A stretch of DNA of 64,000 nucleotides from Deltaproteobacteria bacterium (GTDB lineage: Bacteria; Bdellovibrionota; JACOXK01). The stretch lies in NCBI GenBank assembly GCA_016186995.1, contig JACPKQ010000005.1, positions 2,593 to 66,592 of the forward strand, read 5' to 3'. Positions 48,863-57,558 of the stretch are shown piece after piece (positions within the stretch are counted from its first letter, which is position 1; every line of letters starts with the position of its first letter). Made by a program: the position numbers and the translations under genes. Under the pieces are notes generated by a model. The model made no database searches. It was given only the letters and a program-made list of their open reading frames with translations, and was not told where the DNA came from.

Positions 48863-49014
48863 TTTAGATCCTTAATATTCGTTTTAATAATAGCTTCACT
48901 TATTTTTGTACTATCAATTTTGTAAATGCCTTTTTTTATCTGCTTTTTAATTTTTTGGATTTTTTTCTTTCTTAATTTATCTTTTTGAGAGGGGGTTCCC
49001 GAGTGACTTCCCAT
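48859..49014 (-). CDS. 51-aa FlgM-like anti-sigma C-terminal domain protein (not in ORF track)
   Basis: MGSHSGTPSQKDKLRKKKIQKIKKQIKKGIYKIDSTKISEAIIKTNIKDLK*; ATG 1 nt after the upstream stop, TGA overlaps the dgt ATG. Confidence 0.7.
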   Translation of the reverse strand: MGSHSGTPSQKDKLRKKKIQKIKKQIKKGIYKIDSTKISEAIIKTNIKDLK

Positions 49015-49015
49015 A

Positions 49016-49327
49016 TTAGCAAACCGAACTTGTTGTTCGTTCCCCCGATTTCAAAAGACGATCCTTCTTCCAAATGAGATAGATATTTCGTAAATAAATA
49101 AAAAGCCCTAAACCTTGCCCCACAATAAAAACAGGATCTTTTCTGTGAAGAGCATAAATAAATAAAAGAAGCCCTCCCGAAAAACTAAAATGCCAAAAAA
49201 CAGTAGGAATAACACTTTCACCCTTTTTTTCAGAAACAACCCATTGAACGAGAAAACGCATAAAAAAAAGGGATTGTGCTACAAAACCCAATATCAGCCA
49301 AAAATCTAAATGAAAGTGAGCAAACAT
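49016..49327 (-). CDS. lipid-A-disaccharide synthase N-terminal (LAB_N) domain protein
   Basis: GFVAQSLFFMRFLVQW, SVIP..FW, DPVFIVGQ. Confidence 0.9.
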   Translation of the reverse strand: MFAHFHLDFWLILGFVAQSLFFMRFLVQWVVSEKKGESVIPTVFWHFSFSGGLLLFIYALHRKDPVFIVGQGLGLFIYLRNIYLIWKKDRLLKSGERTTSSVC

Positions 49328-49363
49328 TGTTCAAACAGTATTCTCTCCTCTCTATTATTGTCA

Positions 49364-52000
49364 ATGTTCAGAGACGTGTTACTCTTTAAAGATATGCATC
49401 TAACTCTTTCTCAGGGTCTTAAAGTTACGGTTGAAGAATCCCATCGTTCTCCTGTTGTTTCAGCTCAAATTTGGCTTGATGTGGGTAGTTTTCACGAAGG
49501 AAAGGGCGAAGAAGGTGTAGCTCATTTTTTTGAACACATGCTTTTTAAAGGAACTCAACGGAGAAAACTAGGCGAAATAGCACAAGAAGTTGAATCTCAT
49601 GGTGGAGAAATGAATGCCTATACGAGTTTTGATCAGACGGTATATTATATCACCATTCCCTCTCGTCACTGGGCATTAGCCCTAGATATATTATCCGATG
49701 CAGTCCTTCATCCACTTTTTGATCCACAAGAAATAGAAAATGAAAAACTTGTCGTCTTTGAAGAAATGGCAAGATCCCACGACTCTCCTCATGATATGGC
49801 AAGTGAACTGTTACTCAAAAACATTTTTCAAAACCACCCTTATGGTAAACCTATCTTGGGGAAAAAAGAAACAATCCAAAATTTAAATCAGAAAAAACTC
49901 ATTCAGTTTCATAGAAAATGGTACACACCCAATCGAATGACACTTGTTGTAGCAGGCGATGTGAACTCAAAAAATATATTGGCACAAGCCAAAAAACTTT
50001 TTTCACATAAAAAAAAATCTCCAATCAAAAAAGACTGGATTCCCCGATCAAGTCGGGGGATGACATTTTATTTCCGGGATGACTATTTTAAAAAAAAACT
50101 TACCTTTTGTCTTAAACCAGCACATATCCAACTCTCTCACTCTCACTTAGCTTTTCTAACTCCACCTGTTGTACACTCAGATATCCCAAAACTTGATCTT
50201 TTATCTTCTATTTTGGGACATGGAGAAAGCAGTCGCCTCTACGTCGCCACAAAAACGAAGAAAAAATTAACAAGTTCCATTCACTGTGGAATCTATACAT
50301 TAAAAAAAGCAAGCGTATTTTATATTTCTTCTGTTCACATCCCAGAAAATCTTATTCCCCTCACAAGAGAAATTGTTACACAAATCAATAATATCAAATT
50401 AGCTCATATCACCCCACAAGAGATAGACATTGCTAAGAAAAACATCTTAAGTGAAAAAATCTATGAAAAAGAAACAACAGATGGTCTTGCACGTAAGGTA
50501 GGCTTTTATGCTACTTATTTTAATAATCCAGGAGAAGAACAGAAATATTATGAAAGTATCAAAGATACAACCACTTCAGAACTTAAAGACATAGCTCATA
50601 AATATTTAAATCTTTCTCAGTCGACTTTTGTTAATTTATATCCTGAAAAATACTCCCCAAAAATAAAAGAATTTAAAAACATGATGAGATCGCCACGGTT
50701 TCTTTTGAGAACCCTCGCGATGACAAGAGAAAAAACAACTCATAAAATAAAACAAAAAAGTATTAAAAAATATGTTTTGAATGGCTTGACCGTCCTTTTT
50801 GTTGAAGATCACTCGCTACCTATCATTTCTATGAGAGCAACTTTTTTTGGAGGTTCTCTCTATGAAACAAAGCAAAAAATAGGTCTTACACAGGTACTCA
50901 CCCGTGCCATGACAAAAGAAACTTTGGAAACTTCGCAAATAGAGCTCGCTCAAAAAGTAGAAGAAATAGCAGGAAGTTTAGAGGGTTTTAGTGGTAGAAA
51001 CAGTTCTGGACTCAGCTTAGAATTTTTAAGTGAATATGAAAACCTAGCACTAGACCTTTTCTTTGAAATCTTACTGCACCCAAAATTCTCTCCTAAAATA
51101 CTCTCTTATCTCAAAAAACAAACTCTTGAAGAAATAAAGTATGAAGAAGATAATCTTGCAAGCAAAGCTTATAATAATTTCCTTAGAAAACTATATCCCC
51201 ATCATCCTTATGGATATCCACTTAATGGTACTCCACAAACAATAACCTCACTAAAAACTAAAAATCTCTTCAAAGCTCATAAAAGCATTTTCATTCAAAA
51301 TCCTGGAATATTAACTATCGTGGGAAGCTTTTCGGAAGACTTTAGAGAAAAAATTATTGAAGCTGCTAAAAAATGGGAGAAAAGAACTAAGCCCCATAAA
51401 AAATTTCCTAAAATTCTACCTTTAAAATCAAATCAGGAGCTTTATGAGCACAAAACTAAAAAACAAGTCAATATTATACTTGGTTTTTTAGGAGCAAAAA
51501 TTTCGGATCAAGACCGTTACGCTCTACACATACTTTCTACAATCCTTTCTGGACAAAGTGGAAGACTTTTTATGAATTTAAGAGATAAAGAAAGTTTAGC
51601 TTATTCACTTCATGCAAGTAATATAGAGGGACTTCTACCAGGACATTTTTATTTTTACCTAGGTACCTCCCCAGAGAAATTAGGAAAAGCTTTAAATCTA
51701 CTTAAAAAAGAAATTGAAACCCTTAGAAAGGAAAAAATTTCAAGAACAGAAATAACAAGAGCCAAAAAATATATTATAGGAAAGCATGAAATGAGTTTGC
51801 AAAAACTGAGCACCCAAAATGCCTATTATTCTTTTGATGAACTTTACGGATTAGGATACGCAGAAACTTTAAATTACCATAAAAAAATTTCTCAGATAAC
51901 TCAAAAAGATTTAGAAAAAGTGATTCACAAATATCTAAACTTAAATTCTTCTATTTTATCTGTTGTAGGCCCTGTAAAGAATAAAACAACTGATAAATAA
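49364..52000 (+). CDS. M16 family zinc peptidase (two fused halves), two in-frame inserts; start 49364 or 49394
   Basis: GVAHFFEHMLFKG (HxxEH), NAYTSFDQT. Confidence 0.93.
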   Translation: MFRDVLLFKDMHLTLSQGLKVTVEESHRSPVVSAQIWLDVGSFHEGKGEEGVAHFFEHMLFKGTQRRKLGEIAQEVESHGGEMNAYTSFDQTVYYITIPSRHWALALDILSDAVLHPLFDPQEIENEKLVVFEEMARSHDSPHDMASELLLKNIFQNHPYGKPILGKKETIQNLNQKKLIQFHRKWYTPNRMTLVVAGDVNSKNILAQAKKLFSHKKKSPIKKDWIPRSSRGMTFYFRDDYFKKKLTFCLKPAHIQLSHSHLAFLTPPVVHSDIPKLDLLSSILGHGESSRLYVATKTKKKLTSSIHCGIYTLKKASVFYISSVHIPENLIPLTREIVTQINNIKLAHITPQEIDIAKKNILSEKIYEKETTDGLARKVGFYATYFNNPGEEQKYYESIKDTTTSELKDIAHKYLNLSQSTFVNLYPEKYSPKIKEFKNMMRSPRFLLRTLAMTREKTTHKIKQKSIKKYVLNGLTVLFVEDHSLPIISMRATFFGGSLYETKQKIGLTQVLTRAMTKETLETSQIELAQKVEEIAGSLEGFSGRNSSGLSLEFLSEYENLALDLFFEILLHPKFSPKILSYLKKQTLEEIKYEEDNLASKAYNNFLRKLYPHHPYGYPLNGTPQTITSLKTKNLFKAHKSIFIQNPGILTIVGSFSEDFREKIIEAAKKWEKRTKPHKKFPKILPLKSNQELYEHKTKKQVNIILGFLGAKISDQDRYALHILSTILSGQSGRLFMNLRDKESLAYSLHASNIEGLLPGHFYFYLGTSPEKLGKALNLLKKEIETLRKEKISRTEITRAKKYIIGKHEMSLQKLSTQNAYYSFDELYGLGYAETLNYHKKISQITQKDLEKVIHKYLNLNSSILSVVGPVKNKTTDK
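50036..50083 (-). repeat. GTCAT palindromes in frame in M16 peptidase (WIPRSSRGMTFYFRDD)
   Basis: GGATTCCCCGA-TCAAG-TCGGGGGATGAC...TCCGGGATGAC on the plus strand. Confidence 0.88.
50686..50725 (-). repeat. GTCAT palindrome in frame in the M16 inter-domain linker (RSPRFLLRTLAMT)
   Basis: GAGATCGCCACGGTTTCTTTTGAGAACCCTCGCGATGACA on the plus strand. Confidence 0.88.
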
Positions 52001-53035
52001 CACTATAACGTTAGGTATTGCCATAAGATAGGGAATATAACCCATTTTTAAACTTCCTAAGATACTCATTAAATACTTAAAATACCCAAAATAAACAAAA
52101 ACAAATCCTAAAGTAAGCAACAACGCAAGTCCCTTATTAAATTGATAACTCAAAAAAGTCAGAGCTAGCGCTAGAAATCCAAAAAGGGCTGAAGCTAAAG
52201 ATAAATTGAGTTTTTCGTCAAAAACATATCGATGCATAGAGTCCTTATTTCTATTTGAAAAAAGTACATCCAACATTTGTTTTTTTTCATAAAAACCCTC
52301 TCTAATAGGAAATTTTGTATTTAATCTTAACGCTGCATTGTGAAATTCTACTTTTTGAACACCCTCTTTCATAGGAAAATTATAAACCCCGTTTTTTAAA
52401 TAGAACATTATTGAAAAAGGAGTTGCTTGTACATTGAGAAAACCACTTTGTGCAAAAATAATACCTTCTGGGTGAAAACTGTTATCAGATTGATTTTTAT
52501 TAAAAAGAATAATATTTTTAAGTTCATTACTTTGTTTGTCTATTTTCTCAATATAAATAATATAATGGAAAAAATCCTCATTAAAAATACCTTCTTGAAG
52601 AAAAGTCATACTTTTTTTTTGAATAACATCAAAAAGTTTTAACTTTAATTTTTGATAGCAGATAGGTGCTGCAAATCCAGATAATAGTAAACTCGAAAAA
52701 AAGAAAAATAGTGAAATAAAAAGAATCGGTTTAATAAATATATATTTAGTGACCCCACATGAATTTAAAGCAATGATTTCATGCTGAGTTGTGAGTTTCG
52801 CAAAAACCAGAAGCAATGAATAAAGTAACGACATGGGAATAATAAGATGGCTGTATTCCACTAAAATATAAAAACACATAATGAGACTATCTATAAAACC
52901 CAAAGATCCAGATGTTTTATTTTGAATTTCAAAAAGTTGAGCGGTAGAAAGAATAAAAGAAAGTATAAAAAGGGCAATAAAAAATGAAGAAATGAATTCC
53001 TTAATAAGATATTTCTGTAAAATAGAAAGCTTCAT
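51956..53035 (-). CDS. LptF/LptG-family LPS export permease
   Basis: LQKYLIKE, P..LL, EIIALNSCGV, periplasmic jellyroll region, three C-terminal TMs. Confidence 0.8.
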   Translation of the reverse strand: MKLSILQKYLIKEFISSFFIALFILSFILSTAQLFEIQNKTSGSLGFIDSLIMCFYILVEYSHLIIPMSLLYSLLLVFAKLTTQHEIIALNSCGVTKYIFIKPILFISLFFFFSSLLLSGFAAPICYQKLKLKLFDVIQKKSMTFLQEGIFNEDFFHYIIYIEKIDKQSNELKNIILFNKNQSDNSFHPEGIIFAQSGFLNVQATPFSIMFYLKNGVYNFPMKEGVQKVEFHNAALRLNTKFPIREGFYEKKQMLDVLFSNRNKDSMHRYVFDEKLNLSLASALFGFLALALTFLSYQFNKGLALLLTLGFVFVYFGYFKYLMSILGSLKMGYIPYLMAIPNVIVLFISCFILYRAYNR

Positions 53036-53085
53036 CACCATGAGTCTAGCATAAAGCATTGAAAATTGTGTTCAAAAAGCATTTG

Positions 53086-53112
53086 GTCATTCCCGGCAAG
53101 AGCGGGAATCTA
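53086..53112 (+). repeat. GTCAT palindrome (intergenic)
   Basis: GTCATTCCCG-GCAAGAG-CGGGAATCTA. Confidence 0.85.
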
Positions 53113-53141
53113 GTATTCTTCTTTTTCAAATTAAGTTCTTA

Positions 53142-53300
53142 AAAATGGCTACTATCTTCCGCTTCATGGCTCGCTGTAGTTGTCCCACATGAATTCTTCG
53201 TTATCCCGTAAGTGCTAAAGCACTGTCCGGGATGAGAGTATTCTGAATTATTATAAACCGTATGCTGCGCTTGACTTCCGCTCCAGACAGTAACCATTTT
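53142..53300 (+). mobile_element. MITE-like element, copy C (159 bp)
   Basis: Collinear with copies A and B; TIR 14/16. Confidence 0.8.
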
Positions 53301-53322
53301 TTGACATAGACTCGAATTTTTT

Positions 53323-53384
53323 GTCATCTTGAGCATAGCGAAAGATATAATTCGCGCTATACCCTTCGTTACACTCAGGGTAAC
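53323..53384 (+). repeat. two-hairpin GTCAT element (intergenic)
   Basis: GTCATCTTGAGC...TACCCTTCGTTACACTCAGGGTAAC, same subfamily as 16810 and 33094. Confidence 0.8.
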
Positions 53385-53595
53385 AAAAATATGTAAACCA
53401 TGTCCCCTGGCAAATATGTTCACTATGTCCCTGTTGCCACACTGGTTTCGTAACACAACGCATGGTATAATAGGGAAAGGCGAGTGAGAAGGTATCGTTT
53501 TTTCCAGTATTACTCCATAACATCTTGTAATTGCTACGTTTTTTAAATTTAACTTTGTGCCTAGGTCTGCCGAAAAGAAGACGAGAGGGGCATTC

Positions 53596-54255
53596 ATGTC
53601 GGGTTTTTTTAGATCTTTCTTTTTTTCTACATTCATACTGGCACTAGGGCTTCAAGGCTCTATTTTTAGCCTTAATACCAAAGAAAAGCTTTCAGAAATC
53701 GGCACACGTCATAATACACTCATTGTTAAAGTAAAACTCATCAAAGCAGAATCTAAGTGGGAAGGCTCCCAGGTTATCACCTATTGGAAAGCACAATCTC
53801 TTGAAGATTCTATCAATAAAGCCCCCTCTTCACTTATAGGAAGCAATAAAGAATTTGAGTTTACCTCACAAGGTGGCATTCCAAACGAAGCCCCTACCGA
53901 TCCAAAACTTTCAGGTTGTGGAAAAGAACCTCATAATCTTTGCGGACAAGTCGCTTATGGATCAGGAACAGAAGAACTTTTCAAAATGCTTACTATTAAT
54001 CAAGAAGCCTATATTGTTCTTGAACATAAATCAGGAAAAAGAACTCCTTTTCATCTTGTTGGCAGTGTGCGAATCGCTCCTATTTCAAGAGACAGCACTA
54101 CAGGGGAAGAAGTTATCAAATCAGACTTAGAACTCAATGGCCAGATACAGCAGTTTTCATCTTCTGCTCCTCTATCAATACAGACTCATGATGATTCAGC
54201 ACGATATAAATTAGGAGACTTTAAGGAAGCTTCAAAAAAAGCGTTTGGTAAATGA
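53596..54255 (+). CDS. secreted hypothetical protein coupled to the matrixin gene
   Basis: GAGGGG SD before ATG 53596; signal peptide; stop overlaps next start. Confidence 0.7.
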   Translation: MSGFFRSFFFSTFILALGLQGSIFSLNTKEKLSEIGTRHNTLIVKVKLIKAESKWEGSQVITYWKAQSLEDSINKAPSSLIGSNKEFEFTSQGGIPNEAPTDPKLSGCGKEPHNLCGQVAYGSGTEELFKMLTINQEAYIVLEHKSGKRTPFHLVGSVRIAPISRDSTTGEEVIKSDLELNGQIQQFSSSAPLSIQTHDDSARYKLGDFKEASKKAFGK

Positions 54256-56513
54256 TTAAAAAAACTTTGATTCAATTATTATTCTTTTTACTTCCAGCCT
54301 TCTCCTTTGCCTTTCTTCAAGAAAGTTATTGGGCAAATAATAATCGGGCCATGCTTTCCTGGGGAGGTGGTTCACAACAAATAACACTTGCCCTGAATAT
54401 TGCTGGGAACCCCCAAACGGTAGACTCACGGGAGTTTTCAGCCTTCATTCAAGCTATGAATGCGTGGAATACCCATTTTGGAACCTTTACTAATTTTGCT
54501 TTTAAAGCAGTCACCACATCACAAAAAACGCTCGATGGACTTGATGGGGTCAATAATGTTTTTTTTGAAAATATGGGTGCTGTTTCAACAGTTGCTGAAA
54601 CACGTTCTACCTTTTTTGTTTCAAATGGAAGAGTTATTGATACAGACATACGTTTCAATACTTTTTATATCTATGTATATGGTGATGCCGCAACCGGTTT
54701 TTCTCAGATTAATTTAGCTGACGTTGCTACGCACGAATTTGGTCATGCAGCGGGGCTGGGTCACAGCTCTTTTAAAAACGCAACCATGTATTTCATGGCT
54801 CAAGATAAACAACGCTTTCCTACTCATGACGATCTTGCAGGAATACACACCATTTATCCTGTAGGAAACACCACCACCCTTTCTGGGAAAATACAGAAAG
54901 GAAGTGAAAATATTCATGGTGCAGAAATCATAGCTATCCGCACAGATGAAGGCCCTTGGCAAGGAAAACCTTGGGTTAACGACCTTTCTGACAGAAGTGG
55001 AAACTTTAGTATTCGTGGGTTAGACGTACAAGGACAATACATGCTTTTAGCGGTTCCTCTTCATAACCACTCACCCCATGGAAACTATTTTAGTGGATCT
55101 CATAATGAAAGTGATTTTGTTGAAAATATTTTAGGAACAACTGTTCAAGGCCACCTCATCCCTACCCTTTTTTCAAGCTCTCAGTCAGGACTCAACATTC
55201 AAGTTTCTCAAACCGTTTTTCAAGATGATTATGAAAATAATGACACTGTAAACACTGCTTTTGACCTCTCTACCCTTTCTTCGAACGCTCTGATTGCAAC
55301 AGCAGATAAAGTTTCAGACGCTCAAGATTTTTATAAAATAAGCTTGAATCAAGGAGATAGAATTGATGTAAGCACAACAGCCTTTCAAATACGATCAGGA
55401 CTTGATCTTGAAATAGAAGTTGGAAAAAAAGTGGGTAGTACCTTTAGCAAGATAGAAAGTAACGATGATCATCCCTATGACACAAGAGACAACAAAGACC
55501 CTTTTATCTTTCAATTCGAAGCCGCACAAACACAAGATTATTACATTCGAGTGAAAGCCAAAAATAATCTTGTAGCTTCTGATTTTCCAGGAAGCAGCTC
55601 TGATGGAAAACTTGCATCAAGAATGTATGTTTTTATTTGGAATCAAAGACAAGCACAAAACGCAAGTGCTGTGGAAGCTCCACTAGGACTTACTTTAGAT
55701 GAGTTTGATGAAAATACAGGAGCTACTACCATTTCAGTAGGAAGTAGTGGTTTTTCAGTACTTGAAGCAACACTCAATAAGCTCCTTATTGAAAGTGTAA
55801 GCTTGAGTGGAAGTAATATGCTGATCCAACTTCAACCAGGAATGAATGGTAAAACAAACTTCTTTATTAAAAATGGAACCCTCAATAATACAACCTATAG
55901 ACAGGTGAAGCTGACTATTAATCCAGTGAACTACACACCTTTTATTTTTACATCTCAATCACAAACAAGCTTTGATGTTACAAGTGGAGGAAAACTTAAT
56001 CTTTCTCTTGCAGGCATTGTAGGTGGTGATGATATTGATAATTTGGGCGTTAATATTAATGGGGTTATTATAGGAAGAGTCGCAGGCGTTCTTCCTTCAC
56101 ATACGCTTACAGCAACTGCAAGCAATGCTAACGTTAATGTCAATCTTTCGATCGATGATGGAAGTTATATGCTTCAAGTCAGTGGCCCTGTAGGAGAATC
56201 AGCTACCATTGATTTTGAAATTAAAGACAGCCAGGGTAATACCATTGTAACCTCAAATGCAAACTCAAGCGCTGCCTCATCCCCTGGGGTGACTGTCTCT
56301 TCCCCTTCCCAAGGAAGTGGTATCATCGTTAATATCGTAGATGCTGCAAGGTCTGTTGCAGGTGCGACCGGAGGTGGTTGTGGAACTGTTTTTAATGAGC
56401 CTTATCAAGGTAACTTCAACCAGTATTTTAACCTCTTTATATTATTACTTCCCCTGCTCTTTCTCTCAATCTTAAGAAAACTTAAATTGAAGCCGATAAG
56501 AACAAAGAAATAA
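54252..56513 (+). CDS. matrixin-like (M10) metallopeptidase with accessory domains and C-terminal sorting signal
   Basis: HEFGHAAGLGHS, Met-turn ATMY, DDYENND pre-peptidase-like domain, GGGCG-TM-basic tail. Confidence 0.85.
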   Translation: MIKKTLIQLLFFLLPAFSFAFLQESYWANNNRAMLSWGGGSQQITLALNIAGNPQTVDSREFSAFIQAMNAWNTHFGTFTNFAFKAVTTSQKTLDGLDGVNNVFFENMGAVSTVAETRSTFFVSNGRVIDTDIRFNTFYIYVYGDAATGFSQINLADVATHEFGHAAGLGHSSFKNATMYFMAQDKQRFPTHDDLAGIHTIYPVGNTTTLSGKIQKGSENIHGAEIIAIRTDEGPWQGKPWVNDLSDRSGNFSIRGLDVQGQYMLLAVPLHNHSPHGNYFSGSHNESDFVENILGTTVQGHLIPTLFSSSQSGLNIQVSQTVFQDDYENNDTVNTAFDLSTLSSNALIATADKVSDAQDFYKISLNQGDRIDVSTTAFQIRSGLDLEIEVGKKVGSTFSKIESNDDHPYDTRDNKDPFIFQFEAAQTQDYYIRVKAKNNLVASDFPGSSSDGKLASRMYVFIWNQRQAQNASAVEAPLGLTLDEFDENTGATTISVGSSGFSVLEATLNKLLIESVSLSGSNMLIQLQPGMNGKTNFFIKNGTLNNTTYRQVKLTINPVNYTPFIFTSQSQTSFDVTSGGKLNLSLAGIVGGDDIDNLGVNINGVIIGRVAGVLPSHTLTATASNANVNVNLSIDDGSYMLQVSGPVGESATIDFEIKDSQGNTIVTSNANSSAASSPGVTVSSPSQGSGIIVNIVDAARSVAGATGGGCGTVFNEPYQGNFNQYFNLFILLLPLLFLSILRKLKLKPIRTKK

Positions 56514-56526
56514 GTGGAGAACTTTT

Positions 56527-57558
56527 ATGTCTACAGAAAAAAAACTTTTATGTGCTTTAGATACCCTGTCTCTCATTAATTCAACTTTAGATCTTGATGA
56601 TCTTTTACAAATTGTATTGCGCTCTATTAAACAAGTCATGGAAGTAGATGCCTCTTCTATGATACTCATGGATTTTGAAACAGGAGAACTTTATTTTTCA
56701 AAAACTGAAGGTGGATCCCAAAAAGTACAAGAAATAAGACTTAAAATGGGTGAAGGTGTGGCAGGACGTGTTGCTCTCACAGGTGAACCTATGATTGTGA
56801 ACGATGTTTCTAAAAACCCCTACTTTGCTAAACACATCGATGAAGCTACCAAATTTAAAACAAAATCTATTTTAGCTGTACCTCTTAAAATAAAAGGAAA
56901 AGTCACAGGAGTTCTTGAAGCCCTCAATAAAGTAGATGGAACTCCATTTACAGGTGAAGATCTTCTTATTTTTACAAGCTATGCAAATCAAATTGCGGTT
57001 GCACTTGAAAATGCCCGTCTTTACAAAATGGCGGTTTATGATGGACTTACAGGTATTTTTGAAAAACAATATTTTCAAATTTGGGCAGAAAGCGAATTTG
57101 CAAGAGTCAAAAGATATAAAACAGACCTCTCACTTGTGATGTTTGATCTCGATTATTTTAAAGATATTAATGATACCTATGGCCACCGTAGTGGTGATTA
57201 TGTCTTAAGTGAAGTTGCTAAAACAGTCAAAGAGGCTATCCGCCGAGCTGATGTCTTTGCACGTTATGGTGGAGAGGAATTTATTATTGCTCTCCCTGAA
57301 ACAAACATCAATCAAGCTAAAATAATGGCTGAAAAAATTAGAAAAATTATTGAAACAAAAAAATTTAAGTTTGAAGGAAAAACAATCACACTTACTATAA
57401 GCCTGGGTGTTGTAAGCTATGACCACACTCACGAAAATTCTTTTGAAAGACTTCTTCAAGATGTAGACCAAGCGCTTTATACTTCAAAAGAAAGTGGTCG
57501 AAATAAAACAACGGTTTATAGAAAGAAAACCCATCTTAAGCTTAGAAAATCAGCTTAA
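56527..57558 (+). CDS. GAF-GGDEF diguanylate cyclase
   Basis: DGLTG, DLDYFKDINDTYGH, RRAD I-site, GGEEF. Confidence 0.95.
   Translation: MSTEKKLLCALDTLSLINSTLDLDDLLQIVLRSIKQVMEVDASSMILMDFETGELYFSKTEGGSQKVQEIRLKMGEGVAGRVALTGEPMIVNDVSKNPYFAKHIDEATKFKTKSILAVPLKIKGKVTGVLEALNKVDGTPFTGEDLLIFTSYANQIAVALENARLYKMAVYDGLTGIFEKQYFQIWAESEFARVKRYKTDLSLVMFDLDYFKDINDTYGHRSGDYVLSEVAKTVKEAIRRADVFARYGGEEFIIALPETNINQAKIMAEKIRKIIETKKFKFEGKTITLTISLGVVSYDHTHENSFERLLQDVDQALYTSKESGRNKTTVYRKKTHLKLRKSA

Noticed and set aside
53139-53636. 165-aa and 90-aa ORFs over the repeat cluster
   Set aside because: Built largely from MITE copy C and a GTCAT element
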